Of a DNA stretch of 64,000 nt, positions 30,888 to 42,703 are shown in pieces (the first letter of the stretch is position 1; each line of letters begins with the position of its first letter). The DNA comes from Flavobacteriales bacterium (lineage in GTDB: Bacteria > Bacteroidota > Bacteroidia > Flavobacteriales_D > CAJJDF01): positions 5,591 to 69,590 of the forward strand of contig CBFHZD010000010.1 in assembly GCA_965660305.1 (NCBI GenBank), in the 5' to 3' direction. The position numbers and the translations under genes were made by a program. The notes beneath the pieces were generated by a model. The model searched no databases. It saw only the letters and a list, made by a program, of their open reading frames with translations, and had not been told where the DNA came from.

Positions 30888-31534
30888 TACTTCGTTACTT
30901 CTTTTTGAACATTCTGATATACTTCTTCGAGGTCTGCAAACTCTCTGTAACCGTTAGAAATCATAAAAAATTGCTTACCCAATTTTACCACCACAGAAGG
31001 AAATCCTTTTATTCCCATTTCCGAAGACAATTGAAAGTCTGTTTTGGTTGCATATTTTGCCTCTTCGCTTTCAAACAGCTCAGCGAATTTTTGGGTATCC
31101 AAACCAAATTCTTCTGCTACCTCCACAAAGGTCTCGAGCAAATTGGTATCTCTGTTTTTTACATAAAAAGCTTTTTGAACGGCTTTGAAAAATTCTAATT
31201 CTTTGTCAGGAGCCATCATCCTGCAAACCACCACAGCTCTCGAAGCTGGCTCAGTATCTAGCACAAAGTTTTCGTTGGAAAACATATCAAAAGAAAAGGG
31301 TTGTCCGGTTCTTTTTTCAATTTCTATCCAGTGCGATTTCAAGAAATCTTCCATTTCATGGACCATTTCTACCCCATTTGGTCTCAATCCGCCCTGTACC
31401 ATTCGTAGAGTAAGCTCCGGATGTTTTTCAATAAATTTATCCAATTCTGGAGCAAATCCATAACACCAAGAACACAAGGTGTCACCTACGTAAATTAAGG
31501 AATTCTCCTCGTTTTGTATCCAATCTAAATTCAT
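30887..31534 (-). CDS. DsbA-family thioredoxin-fold protein
   Basis: [13 protein letters not shown] (CxxC), 215 aa. Its stop overlaps the start of the downstream SDR gene by one base (30887). Confidence 0.8.
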   Translation of the reverse strand: MNLDWIQNEENSLIYVGDTLCSWCYGFAPELDKFIEKHPELTLRMVQGGLRPNGVEMVHEMEDFLKSHWIEIEKRTGQPFSFDMFSNENFVLDTEPASRAVVVCRMMAPDKELEFFKAVQKAFYVKNRDTNLLETFVEVAEEFGLDTQKFAELFESEEAKYATKTDFQLSSEMGIKGFPSVVVKLGKQFFMISNGYREFADLEEVYQNVQKEVTK

Positions 31535-31653
31535 AAGTCAAAGGTAAAAAATAGATATTAGATAATTCAAAAAAGATTTTATACTTTTTATTAAAAACTC
31601 ACTTCCAGTCTAGATGGATTGATTCACTTAAAAATCTTAGAAAATAACCGACA

Positions 31654-31696
31654 CAAAAAAAATCTCAATGACTTTGAAAATAAAGAAATTGAGATT
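31654..31696 (-). terminator. Hairpin terminator after tRNA-Leu
   Basis: Arms aatctcaat (31661-31669) and attgagatt (31688-31696). A T-run follows on the minus strand. The loop is long, at 18 nt. Confidence 0.55.
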
Positions 31697-31705
31697 TTGA
31701 TGAAG

Positions 31706-31788
31706 TGCCCAGAGCGGGAGTCGAACCCGCACGTACTAAGTACACACGCCCCTCAAGCGTGCCCGTCTACCAATTTCAGCACCTGGGC
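31706..31788 (-). tRNA. tRNA-Leu (anticodon GAG), class II with a long variable arm
   Basis: The reverse complement reads GCCCAGGTGCTGAAATTGGTAGACGGGCACGC-TTGAGGG-GCGTG-TGTACTTAGTACGT-GCGGGTTCGACTCCCGC-TCTGGGC-A. The cloverleaf folds by hand. CCA is not encoded. Confidence 0.9.
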
Positions 31789-31853
31789 AAATTATGAAGG
31801 TCAAAGATAATATAATTGAATAGAAAAAAAATAGATATTGAAATTATATGATT

Positions 31854-31892
31854 GAAATGATTCGCGATTTTGGATCCGAAATGATTCGCGAT
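31854..31892. repeat. Direct repeat GAAATGATTCGCGAT x2, 24-bp period
   Basis: Exact 15-mers at 31854-31868 and 31878-31892. Confidence 0.85.
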
Positions 31893-31894
31893 AG

Positions 31895-31914
31895 GGACAA
31901 GTCGCGACTTGTCC
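31895..31914. repeat. Perfect 20-bp palindrome GGACAAGTCGCGACTTGTCC (REP-like hairpin candidate)
   Basis: The sequence is identical to its own reverse complement and is GC-rich in an AT-rich spacer. It lies 105 bp upstream of the HUH transposase-like gene. Confidence 0.85.
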
Positions 31915-31922
31915 GTACGCAT

Positions 31923-31986
31923 AATTCCATGAATATATGATTCCATGAATATATAATCCCAGGAATATATAATTCCATGAAAATTT
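31923..31986. repeat. Four tandem 16-bp units (consensus AATTCCATGAATATAT)
   Basis: Units start at 31923, 31939, 31955 and 31971. The third is the most diverged (aatcccaggaatatat). Confidence 0.8.
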
Positions 31987-32018
31987 TCCAAAATCCAAAA
32001 AAATGAATATTTTAAATC

Positions 32019-32531
32019 ATGAGAAATCGCAAGCGAAATAGAATGTTAGGGTATGATTATTCGAGCGATAATTTATATTTTATCACCATTTGTGTCCAAA
32101 ATCGGGTGTGTTGTTTTGGAGAGGTTGTTGAAAAAGAAAATACAGAAAATTCTAATAATTCAACTTATATGTTGGAGTTAAATCAATTTGGTAAAATTGT
32201 TGAAAATAGAATTTTATGGCTGGCGGAGCAATACAAATATGTAGTTTTACACAATTATGTTGTGATGCCAAATCATGTGCATGCCATTATTAAAATAAAT
32301 AGTAAGCTGGTTGACGACACAAAAATAAAATCTTTATCTCAATTAGTTGGTGCATTCAAGACTACCTCTTCCAAGCATATTCATTTAGCAGGTTATGAAG
32401 ATTTTAAATGGCAACGCTCATTCCATGATAACATCATAAGAGATAATATAGCTTTTCACAACATAACCAATTACATTGACCGAAATCCAGAGAAATGGAA
32501 AGAGGATGTTTTTAGAAAAAAATCATTCTGA
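32019..32531 (+). mobile_element. IS200/RAYT-like HUH (Y1-transposase family) protein gene, single copy
   Basis: 170 aa. NLYFITICVQNR, HUH motif MPNHVHAII, and C-terminal KWQRSFHDNIIRDNIAFHNITNYIDRNPEKW. This is the COG1943-type architecture. Confidence 0.75.
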
Positions 32532-32702
32532 AAAGATAGGCTAATTTATTCGGCCTGATTTTCCATAAAGGTTATATGAGGTAATCAATTCTTGAAAGAA
32601 GAATTTTAAATTTTCAATTTCCTTGAATTAATATTCAAGTTTTTAAGAAATTCATTAAATTGATTTTATCATAATACGTTATTTAAGAAAATCTAATATA
32701 CC

Positions 32703-32737
32703 AAAAAACCCTCTCAAACAATTTGTCTGAGAGGGTT
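32703..32737 (-). terminator. Hairpin terminator after tRNA-Lys copy 1
   Basis: Arms aaccctctca / tgagagggtt. T6 follows on the minus strand. Confidence 0.65.
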
Positions 32738-32745
32738 TTATTAAG

Positions 32746-32818
32746 TGATTCAGCAGGGATTCGAACCCTGGACCCACGCCTTAAAAGGGCGTTGCTCTAC
32801 CAACTGAGCTACTGAATC
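32746..32818 (-). tRNA. tRNA-Lys (anticodon UUU), copy 1
   Basis: The reverse complement reads GATTCAG-TA-GCTC-AGTTGGTA-GAGC-A-ACGCC-CTTTTAA-GGCGT-GGGTC-CAGGG-TTCGAAT-CCCTG-CTGAATC-A. 73 nt. Confidence 0.93.
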
Positions 32819-32877
32819 AACATCTCCACAATGGAGAAATCGTTAGCTTAATTACAATCCTTGGTTGAAAAGTAAAT

Positions 32878-32909
32878 AAAAAAGCCTTCAAAACAAATGT
32901 TATGAAGGC
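32878..32909 (-). terminator. Hairpin terminator after tRNA-Lys copy 2
   Basis: Arms gccttca / tgaaggc. T6 follows on the minus strand. Confidence 0.6.
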
Positions 32910-32932
32910 CAATTTATAAAAGTGATTCAGCA

Positions 32933-33005
32933 GGGATTCGAACCCTGGACCCACGCCTTAAAAGGGCGTTGCTCTACCAACTGAGCTACTGAATCGCTAA
33001 CGAGG
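32933..33005 (-). tRNA. tRNA-Lys (anticodon UUU), copy 2
   Basis: Identical 73-nt sequence to copy 1, 187 bp away. Confidence 0.93.
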
Positions 33006-33067
33006 TGCAAATATAGAAACCTCAGTTTTTATTCCAAAGTAAATAGGAGTTTTTTTTAACTTTTTTT

Positions 33068-33934
33068 TTAATTTAATCCCCTCAACAAAGATTCTACTGT
33101 CTTGTTTACTGGAACCAAAGGCAGCCTCACTTCATTCTCCATAATTCCTTGCTCATTCAGTAATACTTTTACTCCTCCTGGGTTTCCGTCCATAAAAATA
33201 GCATCAATTAGTTCCAGCAAGTTATAATGTGCTTTTCTGGCAGAAACAAAATCTCCCTCCATCCCTTTCAAAACCAATTCTTTGGTTGTTTCTGGATGTG
33301 AGTTAGCAATGACAGAGATTAAACCTTCAGCTCCACAGGCAATCATAGAAAGCGTAAGTCCATCATCTCCAGAAATCATTAAAAAATCTTCAGGCTTCTT
33401 ATTCAAAATGTGCATCACTTGCTCCATATTACCCGATGCTTCTTTAATCCCAATTACATTCTTAAATTCAGTAGCAATTCTCAAAGTAGTTTCGGCAGTC
33501 ATATTGCTAGCAGTTCTTCCTGGAACATTGTACAGGATTATGGGATGCGACATATTCTCAGACAAATACTTGTAATGTTGAAAAATCCCTTCTTGGCTTG
33601 GCTTGTTGTAATAGGGACTTGCGGATAAAATGGCTGAAACTCCTGAAAGATCAAACTCATTGTACTCCTCTATCATTTTCAAGGTATCATTCCCGCCAAT
33701 ACCAAATACTATGGGTAATTTACCTTCATTTGTTTTCAACACTGCGTTCAACACAGCTTGCTTTTCCTCTTTGGTTAAGGTTGCAGACTCCCCGGTAGTT
33801 CCCATAACTACCAGATAATCTACTCCTCCATCGATGAGTTTAATTGTAAGTTTTTCTAATGCTATAAAATCAATTTCTTTATTGCGAGTAAATGGAGTTA
33901 CCATTGCTACTCCTAGGCCTGTAAGTTCTTTCAT
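33068..33934 (-). CDS. dapA: 4-hydroxy-tetrahydrodipicolinate synthase
   Basis: GVAMVTPF, VVMGTTGES, YNVPGRT, GIKEASG (Schiff-base Lys region). Confidence 0.95.
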   Translation of the reverse strand: MKELTGLGVAMVTPFTRNKEIDFIALEKLTIKLIDGGVDYLVVMGTTGESATLTKEEKQAVLNAVLKTNEGKLPIVFGIGGNDTLKMIEEYNEFDLSGVSAILSASPYYNKPSQEGIFQHYKYLSENMSHPIILYNVPGRTASNMTAETTLRIATEFKNVIGIKEASGNMEQVMHILNKKPEDFLMISGDDGLTLSMIACGAEGLISVIANSHPETTKELVLKGMEGDFVSARKAHYNLLELIDAIFMDGNPGGVKVLLNEQGIMENEVRLPLVPVNKTVESLLRGLN

Positions 33935-34491
33935 TAATTCGGGGTTACTTGGGTTAAAAACATATTTACTTGAGTGATAAACTTAGTCAAAGTTGTCTTC
34001 TCTGGCATTTCGACCATAAAATCATAATACTTTTCATTCTCTTCACTGAGTCGACCGATTTTAAATTTAGCTTTAGAATAAGCGACTACATGTTTCACTG
34101 GCACTTTAAAATCATCCGATAAATCAATCAAAACATCAAAATCTTCTTTGATAAAACTAGCTACTTCCTTGCAATTTCCGTGACAAAAGAAGTCTACCAT
34201 TTTATTTGTAAAATACTGATAACGTATAGATTGATTGATGATAAAAGAAGGTACTCTTGGACCATCGAAATATCCGAGAATCACTATTTTTTTGAATCCA
34301 ACTTCCCCCTTCAAAAAATCAACATACTTCTCTACAACATCCTGGTATTCTCTATCCTTAAGCGAATAAACTATACCAATAGACTTTGCCGAATCGAAAT
34401 TAGATACGGTAACTCTTCTTCGTTGCTGGAGCAAATACTTTTCGATCTTTCGCTTTCCTAAACGTTGTTTTAATGGGTTTAAAAATTTCAT
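33934..34491 (-). CDS. Conserved hypothetical protein
   Basis: ORF in the ligA-dapA operon. I prefer the ATG giving MKFLNPLKQRLGKRK (34489-34491). No family recognised. Confidence 0.45.
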   Translation of the reverse strand: MKFLNPLKQRLGKRKIEKYLLQQRRRVTVSNFDSAKSIGIVYSLKDREYQDVVEKYVDFLKGEVGFKKIVILGYFDGPRVPSFIINQSIRYQYFTNKMVDFFCHGNCKEVASFIKEDFDVLIDLSDDFKVPVKHVVAYSKAKFKIGRLSEENEKYYDFMVEMPEKTTLTKFITQVNMFLTQVTPN

Positions 34492-34532
34492 GTAATTCAA
34501 AAATACCAAAGTATCGGATGATAACAACCCTT

Positions 34533-37192
<2,660 letters not shown>

Positions 37193-37203
<11 letters not shown>

Positions 37204-38062
37204 TCTTCCATAGTCCTTTTACCATTCTATCTTTTCCGTTCAAATCCTGTATTACCTCCACATCAACAAATGAATTCTGAGCAAGTAATTCAGCGGTTTC
37301 GGAGCCGTATCTTTCATTTATTTCCAAGTACAACTTTCCTCCCTGATTTAAGAATCGTTGACAAAACCTCACTATTTCCTTGTAAAACAGTAATGGATTA
37401 TAGTTCTCGACAAATAAGGCCAAATGGGGCTCAAAATCCAATACATTCGTTTGCATTTCTCTTTTTTCTTCTTCCAACACATAAGGTGGATTGCTCACAA
37501 TCACATCAAATCCGTCTCCTTCGTAAGAAGGATTTAGTATATCTTCCAAAACGAAATCAACTTCTGAATTCAATTTAAACTTGTTTTTCTTGGCAGTTTC
37601 CAATGCTTTTTGGGATACATCGAAGGCAGTCACTTGCGATTTGGGCAGAGCTAAGTCCAAAGAAATAGCGATTGCACCGGTACCTGTCCCAATATCGAGT
37701 AATCGACCGTCAAAATGCTCGTTTTCTTTCACTATAAGATCCACTAGCTCTTCGGTTTCGGGACGAGGAATCAAGGTGTGAGGTGAAACAAAAAACTCAT
37801 GATCATAAAAAAACTGAATACCAGTAATTTGCTGAACGGGTTTAAATTTCTTTAATTCCTTGATCGCATAATGGAATTTCAGCAACTCCGATTCACTCAA
37901 GTTTTTTTGACTATTTGTCCGTACTTGTATCCTGGAAAAAGACAGATAATGTTCACACAAGATAAAATAAAATGACTCTACCTCATTTTCCGGATAATAA
38001 TCCGAAAGAGAAGTAAAGAAGTAGGCTTTGATAGCCGAGATTGTATTTTCTTTTACGAACAA
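37193..38062 (-). CDS. prmC: Release-factor glutamine N5-methyltransferase
   Basis: LIPRPETE, LDIGTGTGAI, VSNPPYV. The track gives a TTG start, so the exact start is uncertain. Confidence 0.88.
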
Positions 38063-38111
38063 ATTTTAGCGTTTCTTTCAATTTAGTAATTTACTATGAA
38101 ATTCAGTGGTT

Positions 38112-38921
38112 TTAAACAGCCACATCATTTTCTCGCAATGCCTCATTCAAAGAAGTTTTAAGGTCGGTACTTTCCTTTCTTTCTCCAATGATAAGAGCGC
38201 AAGGCACATTGTATTCTCCAGAAGGAAATTGTTTGGGATAAGATCCCGGAATTACAACTTTTCTTGGAGGAACTTCGCCTTTGTATTCAATCGGTGTTTC
38301 ACCTGTGATGTCAATAATTTTTGTTGACTTTGTTAACGTAACACCAGCTCCCAACACCGCTTCTTTTCCAACTCTAACACCTTCTACAACAATGCATCTA
38401 GAACCGATAAACGCTCCATCCTCAATAATAACTGGAGCAGCCTGCAGTGGCTCCAAAACACCTCCAATACCAACACCACCACTCAAATGCACGTTTTTTC
38501 CAATCTGTGCACAAGATCCAACAGTTGCCCAGGTATCTACCATGGTTCCTTCACCTACATGGGCTCCAATATTGACGTAAGAAGGCATCATGATAACACC
38601 TGGAGCCAAGTATGCTCCGTATCTTGCAACAGCATGAGGAACTACTCTTACGCCCAACTCCGCATAATTCTTTTTCAAAGCCATTTTATCATGAAATTCC
38701 ATTGGTCCTGCTTCTAGGGTTTCCATTTTTCTGATTGGGAAATACATCACAACCGCTTTTTTTACCCATTCATTTACTTGCCAATCGCCATTCTCAAGAG
38801 GTTCTGCAACTCTCAGTCTTCCCTTATCTATTTCTTCTATGACAGCCTCAATGGTTCTTACTGTTGTTTCTTCCTTCAATAATTCTCGGTTGTCCCAAGC
38901 TTTTTCAATAATATCTCTCAT
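38112..38921 (-). CDS. dapD: 2,3,4,5-tetrahydropyridine-2,6-dicarboxylate N-succinyltransferase
   Basis: Hexapeptide-repeat LbH core with the DapD-type N-terminus AWDNRELL...TIEAVIEEIDKGRLRVAEP. Confidence 0.92.
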   Translation of the reverse strand: MRDIIEKAWDNRELLKEETTVRTIEAVIEEIDKGRLRVAEPLENGDWQVNEWVKKAVVMYFPIRKMETLEAGPMEFHDKMALKKNYAELGVRVVPHAVARYGAYLAPGVIMMPSYVNIGAHVGEGTMVDTWATVGSCAQIGKNVHLSGGVGIGGVLEPLQAAPVIIEDGAFIGSRCIVVEGVRVGKEAVLGAGVTLTKSTKIIDITGETPIEYKGEVPPRKVVIPGSYPKQFPSGEYNVPCALIIGERKESTDLKTSLNEALRENDVAV

Positions 38922-38925
38922 AATT

Positions 38926-40413
38926 TTATCTCACTAAATTCTTAATAAATTGAATTGATTTGTTCATTTCAACATGCATTTCCACATCGTTTTCGATAAA
39001 TGGAATGTCTTTTCTGTATTCTTTTCTTAATTCTTCGATGGATGGTGAAGATTTTTGACCACTCCTAAAATCCATAGCTTGAAATCCTGCTAATAATTCA
39101 ATTCCCAATACACTTTCCATGTTTTCAAATACTTTGAAACACTTGGTGGCTGCATTGGCTCCCATGCTAACGTGATCTTCTTGCCCATTGGAAGAATCAA
39201 TAGTATCAACAACTGCTGGTGTGCACAATTGTTTGTTTTGACTTACAATACTAGCTGCTGTGTATTGAGGAATCATAAATCCTGAATTAAGTCCTGGTTT
39301 TTTGACCAAAAAAGCTGGAAGATTTCTATTTCCCGATATCAGTTTGTAAATCCTTCGTTCCGAAATGCTTGCAAGTTCAGCCAAAGCCAAAGCCAGAGAA
39401 TCTAAAGTTAAGGCTAAGGGTTGACCGTGAAAATTCCCGGCAGAAATTATTAAATCTTCGTCTGGAAAAATAGTGGGATTGTCCGTAACTGAGTTAATCT
39501 CTGTTTCAAAAATTCCTGTCACATAATCAATCATATCTTTACTAGCTCCGTGGACTTGAGGAATGCATCTAAAACTATACGGATCCTGAACATCCATTTT
39601 TTCTCCATGAAAAATTTCGCTCCCATTTAAAAAGTCCATCACGTTTTTAGCCGTGGCCTCCTGCCCTTTTTGATTTCTTACTTGATGAATCAGCGGATTA
39701 AACGGTGACTTATGTCCGTTGTAACCTTCTAAAGAAACGCAAGCTATTAGATCCGAAACAGACTTGTATTTGTTCGCATACATTAACATGTAAACCCCAA
39801 ACGCTTGCATAAACTGTGTACCGTTTAATAAAGCTAATCCCTCCTTGGATTGCAACTGAACTGGTTTCAGACCTAATTCATTCAGCACATCTATAGACTT
39901 CCTTCGCTCGTTTTTAAAGGATACTTCCCCCAATCCAATTAAAGTTAATGAGATGTGCGCTAAAGGTGCCAAATCTCCACTAGCCCCTAAACTTCCTTGT
40001 GAATATACAATCGGAAAAACCTGATTATTATACAGTTCTACTAATAAATCTAAAGTATCCATAGAGATTCCAGAATGTCCGTAGGAAAGCCCCTGAATCT
40101 TCAAAAGCATCATAATTCGAACTATTTCTGTAGGAATCTCATCTCCCAAACCACAAGCATGAGACTTTACCAAATTGTGCTGAAGCTCTCCTAACTCTTG
40201 ATTGGTTACAACTGTATTACACAAAGATCCAAAACCTGTATTGATTCCGTAAATCACTTCTTCACCCGAAGCCATTTTATTGTCCAAATAGGTTCTGCAC
40301 TTTTGAACTTTAGCTTTTGTTTCGGCAGAAAGTTCTATTTTGCTATTCGTTTTTATAATCTCTTCAAGCTTAGAAAGAGTTATTTTTTTATCAGAAATTT
40401 GATGAGTTGACAT
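38926..40413 (-). CDS. hutH: Histidine ammonia-lyase (MIO-dependent aromatic amino-acid lyase family)
   Basis: GSLGASGDLAPLAH (ASG MIO triad at residues 144-146). Ser84-His85 lies about 60 residues upstream, at the selectivity-switch position that is Ser-His in HALs. Confidence 0.88.
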   Translation of the reverse strand: MSTHQISDKKITLSKLEEIIKTNSKIELSAETKAKVQKCRTYLDNKMASGEEVIYGINTGFGSLCNTVVTNQELGELQHNLVKSHACGLGDEIPTEIVRIMMLLKIQGLSYGHSGISMDTLDLLVELYNNQVFPIVYSQGSLGASGDLAPLAHISLTLIGLGEVSFKNERRKSIDVLNELGLKPVQLQSKEGLALLNGTQFMQAFGVYMLMYANKYKSVSDLIACVSLEGYNGHKSPFNPLIHQVRNQKGQEATAKNVMDFLNGSEIFHGEKMDVQDPYSFRCIPQVHGASKDMIDYVTGIFETEINSVTDNPTIFPDEDLIISAGNFHGQPLALTLDSLALALAELASISERRIYKLISGNRNLPAFLVKKPGLNSGFMIPQYTAASIVSQNKQLCTPAVVDTIDSSNGQEDHVSMGANAATKCFKVFENMESVLGIELLAGFQAMDFRSGQKSSPSIEELRKEYRKDIPFIENDVEMHVEMNKSIQFIKNLVR

Positions 40414-40421
40414 GATGATAT

Positions 40422-41798
40422 TTAGAATGTAGTTGTTGTGAAAAAATGTATTAGATCCATGACAGAGTAACTATTTTGTTCTCCTGTCTCCATATTTTTA
40501 ACCAGTATTTCGTGGTTCTTCATTTCGTCCTCTCCTACAAGAGCAACAAAAGGTATATTCTTGGAATTAGCATAATTCATTTGCTTCTTCAGTTTGTGAG
40601 AATCTGGATATAATTCTGATGAAATTCCATTGTCACGCAATTGTTTGAGCCAAATAGCGGATTGAATAGCTTCTTTGTCGCCAAAATTGGCAAACATAAG
40701 TTGGGTAGAAGAAGAAAGCTCTTCAGGAAACAAGTTCAATTCTTCGAGCACATCATAAATTCTGTCCGCACCAAAGGAAACACCTACACCCGAAAGATTT
40801 TTCATTCCAAAAATACCCGTTAAATCATCGTAACGACCTCCTCCACAAATGCTTCCAATCTTTACCTCATTGGCTTTCACCTCGAATATTGCACCGGTAT
40901 AATAGTTCAATCCCCTAGCCAAAGACGGATCAAACTCGAGAGTCGCATGATTCAGTCCCAACGTTTTTATTGTGTTCAATACAAACCTGAGTTCCTCCAT
41001 TCCTTTAGCCCCAATTTCAGATTCTGAAACAATGGATTCAACAGCTTTCAGCACTTCCTCATTACTTCCTTTAATGGACAAAAGAGGTTTTAACTTTTCG
41101 ATAGCTTTTTCACTAATTTCTTTTTCTCTCAATTCCTTTACAACGCCTTCCTCTCCTATTTTATCCAGTTTATCAATGGCTACTGTTATTGGAATCAACT
41201 TTTCTGCTTCGCCAACAACTTCTACCAAACCAGAAAGAATTTTTCTGTTGTTTATTTTCACAGTAAAGTCTTTCAATTTCAGATTAGATAGGACTTCATC
41301 AAAAATTTGAATCAATTCTACTTCCTGCATCAAGGATTCGCTTCCCACGACATCAACATCACATTGATAAAACTCTCGATACCTTCCTTTTTGCGGACGA
41401 TCGGCTCTCCAAACTGGCTGAATTTGATATCTTTTGAAAGGAAAAGTTAATTCATTTTGATGCTGAACAACAAAACGAGCAAAAGGAACAGTGAGGTCAT
41501 AACGCAAGGCTTTTTCGGAAATGGAATTAGCAAATCGGACGGAATTCATCTCTTCGTTTGCTGATTGATCCGATTTCTTTAAAAACTCACCAGAGTTTAG
41601 CACTCTAAATATCAGTCGATCTCCCTCTTCTCCATACTTCCCCATGAGCGTTTCAGTTTTCTCCATGGTTGGAGTTTCAATAGGTAAAAATCCATATTTT
41701 TGAAAAACACTTCGGATCGTATCAAAAATATAGTTTCTTCGTCTCATTTCGTGAGGCAAAAAATCTCTGGTTCCTTTTGGTATAGAGGGTTTAGACAT
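40422..41798 (-). CDS. hisS: Histidine--tRNA ligase
   Basis: KGTRDFLP, class II motifs (FRYE-like [30 protein letters not shown]). Start moved to the ATG giving [12 protein letters not shown]. Confidence 0.95.
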   Translation of the reverse strand: MSKPSIPKGTRDFLPHEMRRRNYIFDTIRSVFQKYGFLPIETPTMEKTETLMGKYGEEGDRLIFRVLNSGEFLKKSDQSANEEMNSVRFANSISEKALRYDLTVPFARFVVQHQNELTFPFKRYQIQPVWRADRPQKGRYREFYQCDVDVVGSESLMQEVELIQIFDEVLSNLKLKDFTVKINNRKILSGLVEVVGEAEKLIPITVAIDKLDKIGEEGVVKELREKEISEKAIEKLKPLLSIKGSNEEVLKAVESIVSESEIGAKGMEELRFVLNTIKTLGLNHATLEFDPSLARGLNYYTGAIFEVKANEVKIGSICGGGRYDDLTGIFGMKNLSGVGVSFGADRIYDVLEELNLFPEELSSSTQLMFANFGDKEAIQSAIWLKQLRDNGISSELYPDSHKLKKQMNYANSKNIPFVALVGEDEMKNHEILVKNMETGEQNSYSVMDLIHFFTTTTF

Positions 41799-41991
41799 AG
41801 AGTTTCTGTTTCTTGTTTGTTCTTGAAACAAAAATAAGAATAATTGTGGGTTGTTTTCGATTGAAACAAGAATAGATTTTGGCAAACTGAGTATGTTCTC
41901 AACAATTTATTACCAATGAAGCAAAACGAGAGGAATAATTACAACATTTCAACCGATAAATCTTTTATATTTGCTACAAACAAAAGTGGTT

Positions 41992-42597
41992 ATGGACAAC
42001 GCATTTTACATCAAATCATTAGAAAAAATAAAAGAGGGTAAATTAGCTGAGGCGATTCTTTTCTTGGACAAAGCTATTGAGGAAGATCCAACCAACCCTG
42101 TTTACTTGAGCGAAAGAGGGGTTTGTTTTTTGAATTTGGGTCAGAATGAAAGAGCGCTGGAAGACATGAACCAAAGTGTTTCACTGGATCCAAACTACGC
42201 TTACAGATATGCCAGCAGAGCATTTGTGAAGGACAAAATGGGCGATATTGAAGGTGGTATTTCCGATTATGAAATTGCTGTAAGACTAGACCCGGAGGAT
42301 GCAATTGCCTACAACAACTTAGGATTATTACAAGAAAAACTAGGCTACAAAAAAGCCTCAGAAAGAAACTTTAATAAAGCCGATAAACTTGCGGATGAAA
42401 ATCCAGATTCATTGCCAAATATCCCAAAAGATGAGGATGCAAAAGTAGTGAAAAAAGAATCTACTTTACCACCAGTGGCACCTCAAAAAAAAGAATCGAT
42501 TTGGAGTATTTTTGCCAAAATTTTTAATGATTCTTCCACCCGAAAAGAATTCATTACCTTTATAAAAAACGGTGGTAAAGTAAAAAACGAAGAGTGA
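41992..42597 (+). CDS. TPR-repeat protein
   Basis: Three to four TPR units (A..DP.N..AY..RG, AI.DY..A..LDP..A.AYNNLG). The start is taken as the ATG giving MDNAFYIK. Confidence 0.7.
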   Translation: MDNAFYIKSLEKIKEGKLAEAILFLDKAIEEDPTNPVYLSERGVCFLNLGQNERALEDMNQSVSLDPNYAYRYASRAFVKDKMGDIEGGISDYEIAVRLDPEDAIAYNNLGLLQEKLGYKKASERNFNKADKLADENPDSLPNIPKDEDAKVVKKESTLPPVAPQKKESIWSIFAKIFNDSSTRKEFITFIKNGGKVKNEE

Positions 42598-42703
42598 TGT
42601 TCTTTCTTTTATTAAGAATAAAATAACACGGTAGGTCAGTCACTTCTTTTTTTAATACTACTTTTGCACTCGATTTTATAAAAACAAAAAAAAACGAGAA
42701 CAC

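Noticed and set aside
31776-31998. Two overlapping minus-strand ORFs (71 and 65 aa) with repetitive peptide sequences (IIYSW.YIFME/LGLYIHGI)
   Set aside because: They are translations of the 16-bp and 24-bp DNA repeats and the palindrome upstream of the HUH gene. The periodic peptide sequence is a by-product of the DNA repeat.
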